NCBI RefSeq assembly: GCF_036321535.1
Contig: NC_087438.1
Location: 436,001 to 500,000, forward strand
DNA: 64,000 nucleotides
Source of the DNA: Camelus dromedarius
Lineage: Eukaryota
Direction of reading: 5' to 3'
The translations under genes were made by a program, and so were the position numbers. Below, piece by piece: positions 36,246-47,076 of the stretch. The notes under the pieces were generated by a model. It was not told the DNA's origin. It did not search any database and was given only the letters and a program-made list of their open reading frames with translations. How positions within the stretch are numbered: position 1 is the stretch's first letter; every line of letters begins with the position of its first letter.

Positions 36246-37509
36246 CGGGCGTAATTACCATCTACGGGAGTTTCAGAGGATGGGAGAATGGGAGGACAGG
36301 ACCCCTGCAAGTGCTCCAACCATGGGGAGGGACGGCCCACCCGCAAGGAGCAGCCTCCCGGGGCGCCAGACTGTGGGGCAGGATGCTGTGCTGGCCTGAG
36401 CCCTGACCAGACCCTGGGCTTGACCTCCAAGGAAGCACGTTTTGGGCCATTAGATTACAAGACAGGGTGCCTGAGAGGTCGTACAGCGACTGCTCAGCTC
36501 ACTGTGACAAGACACAAGTCGTGTGGGGTGACGTGGGGCTGTGACTGTGGCTTCAGAAAGCTGCCCGGCCCAAGTGGACAGGAGGCTGGAGGCACCCAGG
36601 ACCGGTCGTGCTGCTGTTCGGCTCCTGTGGGTCCAACATTTTCAGGGCCCCAGGAATGGGGGAGGCCGGGCCGAGGGCTCAGACCTCAGGCCAGGGCAGG
36701 GTCTGCACAGTGGGGACCCACAGCTCATCACTGAAACAAAGACCTGTCACCTGGGCGTGGGGCGGGGGCAGGGGCAGGGCCTGCGTTTCCCCCATGTGTG
36801 TCCAGGGCACCGGATGCCTGCCCACCTGGCTTGGAACTCCCTGGGACCTGGCACATTAGGAGCCTCTCTGGACGACGGCTTCCTCCCGGGGCCCAGGGAA
36901 GCAGGGCTATGCAGGGCACACTGCCTCACCCTTGCCTGGGCTGCGGTCCTGCCGGCCCAGCAGGCTTGTTCTCTGGCCATGGCAGAGGGCCGGCCCACAC
37001 GGGCCCGGCTGCCACCTGCAAACAGGATGCTGTTGCAGGAAGGACCGAACGAGGGAACATGGGGGTGAGTGGCTGGAAAGGGGTCCCTTTGTAACTAGTC
37101 TCCCCTCAGAACACTCTCCTGGACCCCTGGCAAGGCTCCCCTGCTAACCAGCTGGGCTCGGCCCACTAAAGTCCCACCACCATGACCCGGGGACCCTGCC
37201 CTTCCCAGAGCCCAGGGGTCACCTCCACGCCTGGCCCTATGGCGCCAAATGACGCTGGTGCCCCCCAGTGGCCAGAGAAGGGCACCCCAGCACCGACAGT
37301 GGGGCCTGGTCAGGGCAGCTGGCCCTAGAGACGGAATCGTCTCGGCCAGATGGGATGGTCAAGGAGGACAGAGGAGGCCTCTGTCCCTGCGCCCGTGTGC
37401 GTGGCAGTGTGGGCGTACACGGTGTGGCTGGTCTGTGGCTGCGCATCACGTGTGTGTTTGTTTGTGTGTATCTGTGTGTCTGTGGGTCTGAGTGTGCCTG
37501 GGCCCAGAG

Positions 37510-37965
37510 GGTAGTTTACAGCTTTAAGTATAATAAAAAGAAAGAAGGTCTAAAATCAATGACCTAAGCTTCCACCTTGAGAAAGTAGTAAAAGAGCAAA
37601 TGAAATCCATGGTAATTTGAAAGGGAATCAGTAAAAGTAAAAGCAGAAAATTTTAAAAAAGAGAACAGGCAGAGCAGGTCGGTCAGCTCAAACGCTGATT
37701 CTTCGGATAATCAGTGAAACTGCCAAACCCTAGGAGGCCTGACGCACCGAGAGCACACACCACGGTGACATCACCACGGCCCCTACAGACTCCGAAGGAC
37801 AGCTGGAAACCAGTGACTCGCTTTCCTCCAAGAATTTGACAATTTAGATGAAATATTCAAATTTCTTAAAAAACACAGCTGGCCAAAACAGAAGATGAAA
37901 CAGAAAAGCTGAGAGGCCTTTTCTCTGTTAAGGAAATTGATCCTCGACAACCTTACCACTGAGGA
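37510..37965 (+). mobile_element. Ancient L1 ORF2 remnant
   Basis: AAATCAATGACCTAAGCTTCCACCTTGAGAAA, AATTTGACAATTTAGATGAAAT. Confidence 0.7.
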
Positions 37966-39073
37966 TCCGTGGCCTCAGCACCAGCCACAGGCGCATGAGA
38001 GGCAGTCCACGTGGAGGCCGGTCTTCTCTGACCAGCCGAGGCGCGGGCGGCCTGCGCAGCCCACACTTTGCGTGGACTCCTTGAGAAAACGGGGGAACGT
38101 CAGTCTGATATTAAGGAATACGTGCGAGCAGCCCATGGGACTTTCTAGGTGGGATAACAGGCTGGTGGTATGGAGACAGAAGTCCCAGACACAGACCGGG
38201 AGTCCCACTGAAGGTTCCTGGTGTTTGGGACTTCTAAGGACAGTGTGTGTGTGAGACGGCCACAGGGCGGCAGGGTCTTCACGCTGAGGCCGAGGGCCGA
38301 GCCCCTGGGGTCCGCCTCTCTCCTCTGCTTTTTTGAAGCTGGAAGGTGCCGTGGTCAGGCTCGCGTGTCCTTCCCTTTCCCTCTCGCCCACCCACGGCCC
38401 CCCTTCTGCACCCCGGGCCCCTCTCCTTGGCCAGCAGTGAGGTCTCCCAGGCCAAGAAGCGGGCAGTGTGGCCATCTCCCTGCTGAGGAGGGCCTGATGC
38501 GGGCACAAACACCCTGCTTCTGGAAACTGGTTCCAGTGCCCAGTGGGCAGCAGCACAGCTCGTCCACTGGTGCTAAGGTGTGGCCCCCTCTGTGTGGGCC
38601 CAGGTTTCCTGGTCGAGTCTCTCGCTACCCTGATGCCCACCCTGAGGGATCCAAGCAGACATCTCGGCGCCCAGAGCTCTGCCATGGGAGGGGGTCACAA
38701 ACGTGTGACCTTGGTGGACGGTCTGTGGGGGAGCAGGACTCAGGTGCCTGGTGGAGGGCGGTGGGCACACACACGCCTCAAGTCCCTCCTTGGGGAAACT
38801 CACCATTCCTCTTGGACGACACGGACCGACCGCTTCGTCATGGTGGGAAAGCACGTGGCCGGGTCTGTGGACCCCCCCTTGCACCCTTGCCGGAAGGCAC
38901 CCCCGTGAAACTCTGACCTGTAGCCAGAAGCCCCAGCCAGCAGGCAGACGGAGGACGGAGAGGGGATTTCAGGCACCATGACACTGGGGGTGCCGGCCGA
39001 GAGTGGGAGTGGGTTGGAGGGCAGGGCCGCGCCATCCCTCGCCTTAGATGGCAGCGGTGCCGTGAAAGGATAC

Positions 39074-39295
39074 ACCGTAGGCAATGTATCTCCAGTTGGG
39101 TGGCAGGAAGGGGATGAAGACGCCGAAGGTAGTGAAGGCCAGGAACAGGAACATGGCCCAGGCTATGGCCTGGAAGAAGTGGAGGGGCCTCGACCAGCCG
39201 TTCACCCTGGATAGGCGGGGCGGCAAGGTCTGCGATGCCTTGATGGCTGAGGCCTCCGGGATGACCCGCCGCAAGCTCCTGGCACAGAAGGGCAT
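39074..39295 (-). CDS. ZDHHC11: ZDHHC11 coding exon 1, 222 nt
   Basis: MPFCARSLRRVIPEA...PPRLSRVNGWSRPLHFFQAIAW...FGVFIPFLPPNWRYIAYG; the ATG directly follows an acceptor (GTCTTGCAG), implying upstream exon(s). Confidence 0.93.
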
Positions 39296-40978
39296 CTGCA
39301 AGACAACGGGAAGCATGGCTGGCCAAGCACTCCTGCCCACGGTGCGTGTGGCCGGGGAGACCCTGGGGCTGGAGCCACCGCCTAGCATCTCCCAGGGTGG
39401 CTTGTGGTGACAGTGTCCCCCGGGCCCCAGGCGGGCAGCTACCATCCCTCAAGGCAGGGGACCACCTCCAGCAGCGAGTCAGGGAGGGTTTACAGGGCAC
39501 AAGGACTCATCAGAAGACCGTTCAGGTGCAGGGGGTCCACGTCAGAAAGAGGCCCTCCTCCCAGGGCACCAGCAGTTGTGCAGGAAAAGCCAGCTTCCGC
39601 TGGTGTGACGCGACACGTGTCCACCAGGGGCCCTGCACTTTTCCCTGGAGCCAGGGGAGAGGCCACATTTCCAGGGTCCTGTGTTCTTTCTGCAGGGACG
39701 GGGCCTCCGGGCACCTGGGAGTCCCTGGCTGTGGCAGCTGGGAGGGACCATGGCACTTCTGGCCAGTCAGGTGGTCAGGGCTGCCGAGAAGGGGGACCGT
39801 GGAGTCAGGGAGACTGTGGGGTGTTTGGGGTGTCGGAGGAGGTGGGTGATGCTACCAGCTGCCATAGGTGGAACTTTGAGGAGTTTTAGAAAACTTTGCC
39901 ACATTAGGGCCTGTACGCAGCCTTCACTGTCTCTTTAGCATGAAACACAGAGAAAAAGTAGTTGATAAAAATGTGTTACTTTGGGAAGAGACAGGAATGT
40001 TGAGAAGTATGCTTCGCCTCCTCTTCTGTGGGCTGTGAATTGCCCCGGGGAGCGTCCCGAGAGTGGGCTTGAGCGGCCGGCCCCTGCTGTTGGTTGTCCA
40101 CCCTGGTTCTCTGGATGTGACACTGTGTGGAGACGCAGCTGCGTGCGCCTCAGGGAGATGGGCGACTTCAGTTTCATGAAACAAGACCAAGGCACCAGGG
40201 GACTAGTGCTCAGGAGGGCCAGCTTGGTTTTCAAACATGAGCCCGAATAGAAACACTCAGATGGAGAAACCACCGGCAGGGGAGGTCCTGCCCAGGCGAA
40301 CCCTGGGGATCCAGGAGGTCGCGCTGAGGGGCCGGCGCGCGTCTCGGGGCAGACAGCTGGGGGAGCAGTGCCCCTGAGTGAACTCAAGTGCCGTGGACAC
40401 AACACAGCACTACACAACGTGGACGCTGAGCTGTTAGGGTTTCTGGATGAGGAAATGAAGAGGTTCTAAGAGAAGAAACAAAGAGAAAAAGTGAAGAAAT
40501 GTCTGTCCTGCGAGGAGACCTCAGGTTTTGGACCTAAGCTGTACACCAAGAATTAGACCATGAACAAAAGAAATCCACCCACGGTGATGAAAGTGTGAAC
40601 TTGGAGGAAGCAAGGCCTGCGGACGTCCAGGAGTGGGATGGCCCACCACCGGCTCTGACTGGCCTCGGGCTTCGTAACGTCTTCAGTCCTGAACTGGACC
40701 AGCCGGGCTGTCCCCAAGGGAGCGGGCGGGAAAGGCCTGGGAGGTGTGGAGACCCAGGTGCACCAACTCAACCTTTCTGAGAGATTTTCTGAAAAGATTT
40801 TCTCCATCAAATCTGGCAAAAATTGTGCTGATACAGCAGAGGGCACAGAGACGACTGCGGGTCTGCAGGAAACCCGGCAGAGCTGACCGCTCCCGCTTGG
40901 GCCTCGTCTGCCAGCCCCTCGCCAGGCCCACACCGCAGTGACCCGACAGGACCCCAGCCAAACGCAGTGGACACAGAC

Positions 40979-41063
40979 CTGGCGGACCACGGCTGGAGGC
41001 CTCTCCTTGCTGGACTCAGTGCTGGAGATCTGGGCCAGCGTGGGTTCTTCCAAATCCTGGGAG
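40979..41063 (-). CDS. Candidate upstream exon of ZDHHC11, 85 nt (SQDLEEPTLAQISSTESSKERPPAVVRQ)
   Basis: TCTGCTCCCTCCCAG acceptor, CAG|GTCTGT donor, phase 2-0, in frame with both 42185-42234 and 39295. Confidence 0.4.
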
Positions 41064-41572
41064 CTGGGAGGGAGCAGACAGAAGTTTCTCCCTACAGCGC
41101 AGGCTGGCACTGCCTCGTCCCACCGCCCCCTCTAGTGAGCACGTGGCCAGGCCTGAGTAGCACCCCCTGCCGTCTCCCTGTGTGGACAAGGGCCCCCCAG
41201 AGGACATGGTCAGAGCCACGCCTGGCTTGTGAGGGCTTGTTCACCTCCCTGCACCTCCAGCCACCCCTCCATCCAACATCGTGCAATGTTCACTTGGGGC
41301 CAGGCCTTGACCCCAAGATGGACTGTCCCCCACCTGCATCCCTGGGGATGGACACAGTGGTGCATCCTGGTGATGCAGGGTGGCGGAGAGAGGGGTGCCT
41401 TGGTGAGGACCCAGGCTGCGGCAGGTGGGCCCGCCTGGCAGAAGGGCCTCAGTGAGCAACAGCAGGCGGTCAGGAGTCCCGCAACCGCCACACAGAACTG
41501 GTCAGGGCCAGCAGGCAGAGGCTCCCTTCCGAACCCGGCCTGAGACGCAGCTGCACATAGCTGCTGCCTGTG

Positions 41573-41680
41573 AACACACACACACACCACACACATGCCA
41601 CGTCCGTCACACACCTCACACGCCCACACACCCACACACCCACAACCACACACACACACAACACACACTACACACACGCA
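41573..41680. repeat. CA-rich low-complexity tract
   Basis: Imperfect (CA)n. Confidence 0.85.
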
Positions 41681-42184
41681 CTCTGAGGTTTCTGGGCCCA
41701 GTTCTCACTTCTCCACCTTTTCGGAACTATTTCCTGGGCGTGGAAGCTTGGGTCCCCCATCAGCCACCTCCTCCGCCCTCTGGTGCCCTGTCCTGGTGTC
41801 ACTTCCTCTGGGACACGTCTGACCGGGCTGTGGGAAGACCACTACGTTGGGCTCGGGGATGAGCCCTGTCTGGGGCATGCTGGTGCCTGGGTCCCCTCTT
41901 TGCCCCAGTTTGATTCCTGACTCGTTTCCTGTCGACCCTGGGTCTCTGGGCTGTTTGGTGCTGGGGTGACGCTTGAGGTCATTGTCAACTCCATGTGCCC
42001 CACATGGCCACGGCCGGGGTCCACAGGCTCCCCACAGGCCCTTGAGCCAGCCATGGTGCCGGCCAGCCAGGGGCAGGTTGTCCCTGTGTCTCCTGTCCAC
42101 AGTGCGACATGGCCCCGTCCCACCCTGTCCCCATCCTCCCAGGACGAGGTGCCGGGCTGGGCGACACCACGACCCCTTCCTTAC

Positions 42185-42234
42185 CTGTCACGGGGCATAG
42201 GTCCCAGCGGCTTCTGGAACTGTGCTGCAGCCAT
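42185..42234 (-). CDS. Candidate first coding exon upstream of ZDHHC11 (MAAAQFQKPLGPMPRD)
   Basis: GGACATGG Kozak context, CAG|GTAAGG strong donor, GC box and paired MYB-like sites upstream. Confidence 0.4.
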
Positions 42235-45125
42235 GTCCGATGTGGCTGGCCTCTCCAGAGCGGAAAGGCACAACTACCTTTGCGCAGTCCAGGCGCAAGT
42301 GAGAGGGCTGGGCCTCCCGGTGGACACTTGGACAGCACCCAGGAAGCATCATAAAGCTGAGGCCCCGCCCCTGGGGACACATCACAGTCAGTTGCAGGGG
42401 CAGAGCGGGGCGGTTGAGGGGGGATGGGCCCAAGAGCTCCTGGGGGAGAGACCCCCACCACCCCCACGGTCCCTCAGTTAACTTCAGCCCTCAGTTAACA
42501 GCTGGAGTCTGTTTCGGTGGCTCATGGGGTGGGGGGAGGGCGGCCAAGGCGTCTGTCCCAACTTTGCTCCTCACGCTTGACCCCATCAGCTGGTTTTGCT
42601 CCAGGAGCTGAGATCCAGGCTCTGTCCAGGGTGCGGTGCCTCCGGGTCACCCTGGGGAGTGTGGCACAGACAGTGCCACCCAAGCCTGCTGCCCGGCTGC
42701 CCCCTCTGTGGCCATGAAAGGGCAACAGCAGAAGGCAAGTTGGGGAGCGTGGGGACGTGGACACTGAGCTGAGCGGGCAGCTCAGGCCAGGACGGCCAGC
42801 CCACTGGGTCAGGCGTCTCCCGTCTGGGTCTCAATTCCTAAGCTCAGGAGATCCCTGGCCCCTGCCTGTGGGGTCTGAGGGCTCCTGCCTGAGGGCCTGA
42901 ATGTGGGTTCATCATCGATGCCCCCCCTTCCCCAGGGGGACAGGGATGGTGGATGGAGGCGTGCCCCACAGGCCCCATCTGCCTGGGCCGTCTCGGAGGC
43001 AGAAGGCCGGCCAAGCCGTCTGAAATGTGGTGCTGCAGCCCTGCCGCCTGGTGCCCGTGGCGGCCAGCGGTCGGCCTCCCGACGGGCAGCTCGGCCTGGC
43101 CCGGACGGACAGAGGCACAAGGCGAAGGAAGCCAGCAGATTTCGAGACCCTCTGTGTGGGATCGAGGACCATGAGGGAAGGGGCTTCTCCGTGGGTGGGG
43201 CCCAGGGCCTCTCTGCTGGCGGGGAGCCAGGCCCACCGGGCTGGCGCTCCAGGTCAGTCCTGCACCACCCAGCCCGCCCAGCCTCACCGTCCTGCTCACC
43301 TGGGGCTCCATTTCCTCAGACCACAGTCGTGCCCTTGGCCCAAGAGCACCGTCCTCAGAGAAAGCCTCCATCAGGACGGCAGGGACGCGTCCCTGGAGGC
43401 CATGGCTGGCGTGGGCGGGCAGGAGGAGCTGAGGGCCCAGATGCCTCTGACACCACCAGCCTGGGACCCAAGGAATCAGGGCTGCCTGCTCACAGCACCT
43501 GCCTGTGGGCAGGCCTGGGCAGAGCTCAGCTGCGCTGCTCCCCACCCAGAAGCCCCTTCCCAGGAGGTGGGAGCCAGGACAGTATCAGACAGCCTCCAAT
43601 TCGCCGTTGTCCACGGTGTTGCCCACAATCCAGCCCTGAGAAACGTCCCAGGCCCCGAGAAACTCAGCTGACCGTGCAGCAGAGGCCCCAGGCTGTGGGG
43701 GAGACCAGAACCAGGCTCTCTGGTAACTGAAAACACAGGTGCCCGCAGAAAGGGCAGCTCCCCGCCAGGCGCTGCTCCGACCCCAGCAGACCTGTGTGTC
43801 TACATCCTGCACAGAACACGCTTCTCCAGACACATGCAGGGGGTCGATGACCTCAACGCCAGGTGCCCCCCAAGTCCAGCCAGCCCCAGGGCGGCTCCCG
43901 CGACTCTGAAGGAGGCCACCAGGAATATACCAAGTCTGCAGAAGGTGCGGGCCTCCCGGCTGACCTGGCGCCCGGTGGCCTCAGCTGCTCACACCTTTGA
44001 GAAATGACTGTCCTTCAGGGGTGACCTTGCTCCATGAAAATAACTAGAAGCTACAAAATCAGGGCCTGCTCAGCACGCAAATCTGCGAAGCCATGACCCC
44101 CACCCGGGGCAACCAAGCCTTTCCCTGCACTACGTGTGTCCGGGGAGCATCAGACCCACCTACCTGGCTCCCGGGAGCTGCAGTGTGCCCTTCCGTCCCC
44201 AGCACAGACCCGCCACCTCGTTCTCAGAGTGACTGAGCAACAGGCCCGGAGTCCAGGTTGCTCACACCTTTCGTTGTAAGTCACGCTCAAGCCTGCTCGG
44301 CCACGTCCGAGGTCCAGAAAAAACACTCCTCACTGTGGGGGTCTTCACCGCAGGTGAGGTGCAGGCGGGCAGCAGTGGACGGAGGTGGAGCACAGTCCTG
44401 GCGCTCACGCACGCCCTTGCTGGTCTGTTCTCGGTGAGGCGTGGTTTCCACCTCCCGGCACTGCCCTCCTCGGCGAGTCGAGTCCCCTGGGCTGAGGCAC
44501 CTGAGGGCCTGCTGGGCTGGCCTGCGGCCAACGCCTGGCCAGTGTGGCCCCGAGGCCCCTCCACCCCGGCCACCTGGATAGCCATTCTGATCCCCAGAGT
44601 GTCTGTGGGTGTCGGCTGGGGTCCTGCCGGTGTCCTTAGGAAGATGCCCCACCTCATGGCTGCGACACCCCTAGGGTGTGCCCACGGCTTGCTTGGGTCC
44701 AGAGGCAGAAGCCTCTCCCATGCTTGGGTGGGGGTCGTGTCCACTCTGTCTGACGTAGCCCTTAGGGTGGAGCCCACACCCCCGGGGAGTCTGGGCCTCA
44801 CAGCCCAGCACAGCCCTACCCCCAGTCACGCTAGCACAGACTGGAGAACTCAGGCTGCGGGCCAGGGAGAAGCAGGGCTCCGAAGGGGCCCCAGGACCCA
44901 CGCCCACAAGGCTGCACTGTGGGGCCCCGCCTCCTGAGTCCAGTGGTGGCAGAGCCACTCTGGACATCACTGCAATGCCAGGAACTGGGCCAGAAGCCGA
45001 GAGACGGCAGGAGACACCGGGAGGAAGGAGCACCTCCAACCTACATGATAGGTTTTTACTCAAGTCACTCAAGTGGACACCGAGCGACGCTGTGAATAAC
45101 CACGTGCAATCACACAGTGAATCTT

Positions 45126-45131
45126 TTTATT
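45126..45131 (-). terminator. BRD9: BRD9 polyadenylation signal AATAAA
   Basis: TTTATT on + strand, ~650 nt past the stop, followed on the minus strand by GT-rich TGTGTGATTG. Confidence 0.8.
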
Positions 45132-45286
45132 AAGATCTGTATGTATATTCTGCACACACAAACAGGCATCCAGTAAACACATCCAGAACAAAGGGCGTGT
45201 TACGGACACCTAACACTTCGTCGTACTCGGCAGGACAGGCCCGTCTTCCCACAGAATGCACTCCTCCCCTCACACGCGGGTTAAAA

Positions 45287-45304
45287 GGCCACCAGGGGGC
45301 GCTG
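45287..45304 (+). promoter_or_regulatory. Consensus CTCF motif in the BRD9 3'UTR
   Basis: GGCCACCAGGGGGCGCTG matches the CTCF core CCACCAGGGGGCGC exactly. Confidence 0.7.
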
Positions 45305-45774
45305 CCCCACCTCCCGTCTGTCCCAGGCTAGGAGGGGTGGCCACCCTCCCTCCCACATAACCCTCGAGACCTGCCTTAGAAATGTGGGGACATGGGAGGA
45401 CAAAGAACAGGCAGGACCCCCAACGGGACAGAGAGAACCACCCACGTCTACTTCCTGAGGGCCGCTCACGGAGGGCGTGGGGCAGGACCGGTGCGTCCAG
45501 AGGAGGACCTCACCGACCCTGAGGAGCTCGGACACAGACCACACCAGCTTTTCCGAATCTGGTCTCACACCCTTTATGAGTGACCTCCGCAGCTCTCTGC
45601 AGGAACACTGCACCCCTGCGCGGCTGACAGGACCTCAGGGACACTCACCACCTCCCCGGGGCTGCTTCCCGCACGCCCAAGGGGACAAAACCAAACTTTT
45701 TGTCTCGTGACAAAAACTCTGTACATGCAAATAAAAACTTAAAAAATAAACACTCATCAGTGACCACTACAAGG

Positions 45775-45875
45775 CTAGTTCTTCGTGGAGGCCGCAGGTT
45801 CTGGAGACTGAAGAAATTCGTACGGGTCGTGGGTCACCTCTGGCTGCTCCCCGACACTGAGGCGAGAAGGGCTTC
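45775..45875 (-). CDS. BRD9: BRD9 last coding exon (SPSRLSVGEQPEVTHDPYEFLQSPEPAASTKN*)
   Basis: AATTGCAG acceptor; TAG stop at 45777-45775. Confidence 0.95.
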
Positions 45876-46908
45876 CTGCAATTGTGGGAAGACAGACACT
45901 TCACCCCAAGGATCTCCACACGCCCTCGTGGCCCAGGAGGCCCATGTGTCTGCAGGACCACAGCTGCCAGAGCCCAGGCCAGCAGAGCGTCTCAGCCACA
46001 GAGCCACGGCTCCCAGGGTCCAGGCCACCCCTCACTGCTCCCGGGAGGGGCAGAGGGCGTCTCTCCCCAGCAGTGGCCATGGCCACCCTACAGAAAGCAC
46101 TCTGCCTTGAGCCTCCACACAGCACGGCTGCTGCTTCCACAGGAACGAGGGCTCCTTGGCCAGGGGCCCTGCAGACAAGTCCGAGCCCTTAGCAGCTCCA
46201 GGGTCACTGAGTCCACTAGGATCCTGCAGTCCCCATCCCTGGAGCTGACCCAGGGTCACCTGGAAGCTCCTCTGCGTGCCACCTCTCACAAGGGTAACAG
46301 GCCCAAAGATGCTGGTCCTTATTCAAACCGTTTCAGCCAAATCCCTACAGCTGATCATCCACCTCACCCCAAACACGTCAAGATTTACTGTGTGCGAGAG
46401 TAGCTGAGCACTTGTGCCTGGGGGCTGAGACAGCGGCTCAGGGACACACCACCAAGCTCATTCACGGGGCCAGGGGACAAGTGTCTGCCGCCCTTCCTGG
46501 CGGGCCTGTGACACCCCTGCAGGGGCCTGAAACAGCTGCCCGCCCTCGCTCAGTAACCATGGGGTCCCCAGCCCAGGAAAGGTCATGAGCTCTCCCCAAG
46601 AGAGGGTCCTGGAGGAGCACGCCTGTCCACACGCTGCTCCAGGACGAAAAGCAGGAACAGCAGAGAGAAACCCACGCTCCCGATGCCCAGCTCCGAGAGG
46701 CCGCCGGGCCCACAGCCTCGGCCCTGGACACAACCCACAGACAGCCAGCACCTGGACCCGCACCCGTGCAAGGCTGACTCCATTCGAACCCGCACCTCGG
46801 GGCAGCCGTGGTGATCTGCTGTGACCAGGGGCCAGGGCCCTGCCTGCGGACTTGCACTGGGCACCCACAAGAGCCCCGGCTTTCCAGGACCCTCCCGGTG
46901 CCCCTCAC

Positions 46909-47076
46909 CCAGGTGGTGCTGGTCCCTGTCGGAGGCGTTGGACAGGGAGCTGAGGTTGGACGACGGCCGGGAGCCCCCGCGCTCCACCTGTGCCTCGTGC
47001 AGGTCCTGCAGGAGCTTTGCCGTCTCGTCCAGGTTCAGGTGGCCGTCATCAGGGTCCAGCTCCTTCTTCACCTTCC
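46909..47076 (-). CDS. BRD9: BRD9 exon, 168 nt (KVKKELDPDD...DRDQHHL)
   Basis: TTTGCAG acceptor, GTGAGG donor, phase 1-1. Confidence 0.96.

Larger units (their letters stand above)
32932..39073 (-). other. ZDHHC11: U12-type (minor spliceosome) GT-AG intron
   Basis: 5' splice site GTATCCTTT (39073-39065); branch site TTTCCTTGAC (32954-32945) about 14 nt before the AG. Confidence 0.92.
6371..39295 (-). other. ZDHHC11: ZDHHC11 gene, coding span (palmitoyltransferase, DHHC family); about 15 coding exons
   Basis: Exons with GT-AG sites join in one frame and translate to SRVNGWS..., [53 protein letters not shown]; position next to BRD9 fits ZDHHC11 rather than ZDHHC1. Confidence 0.93.
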
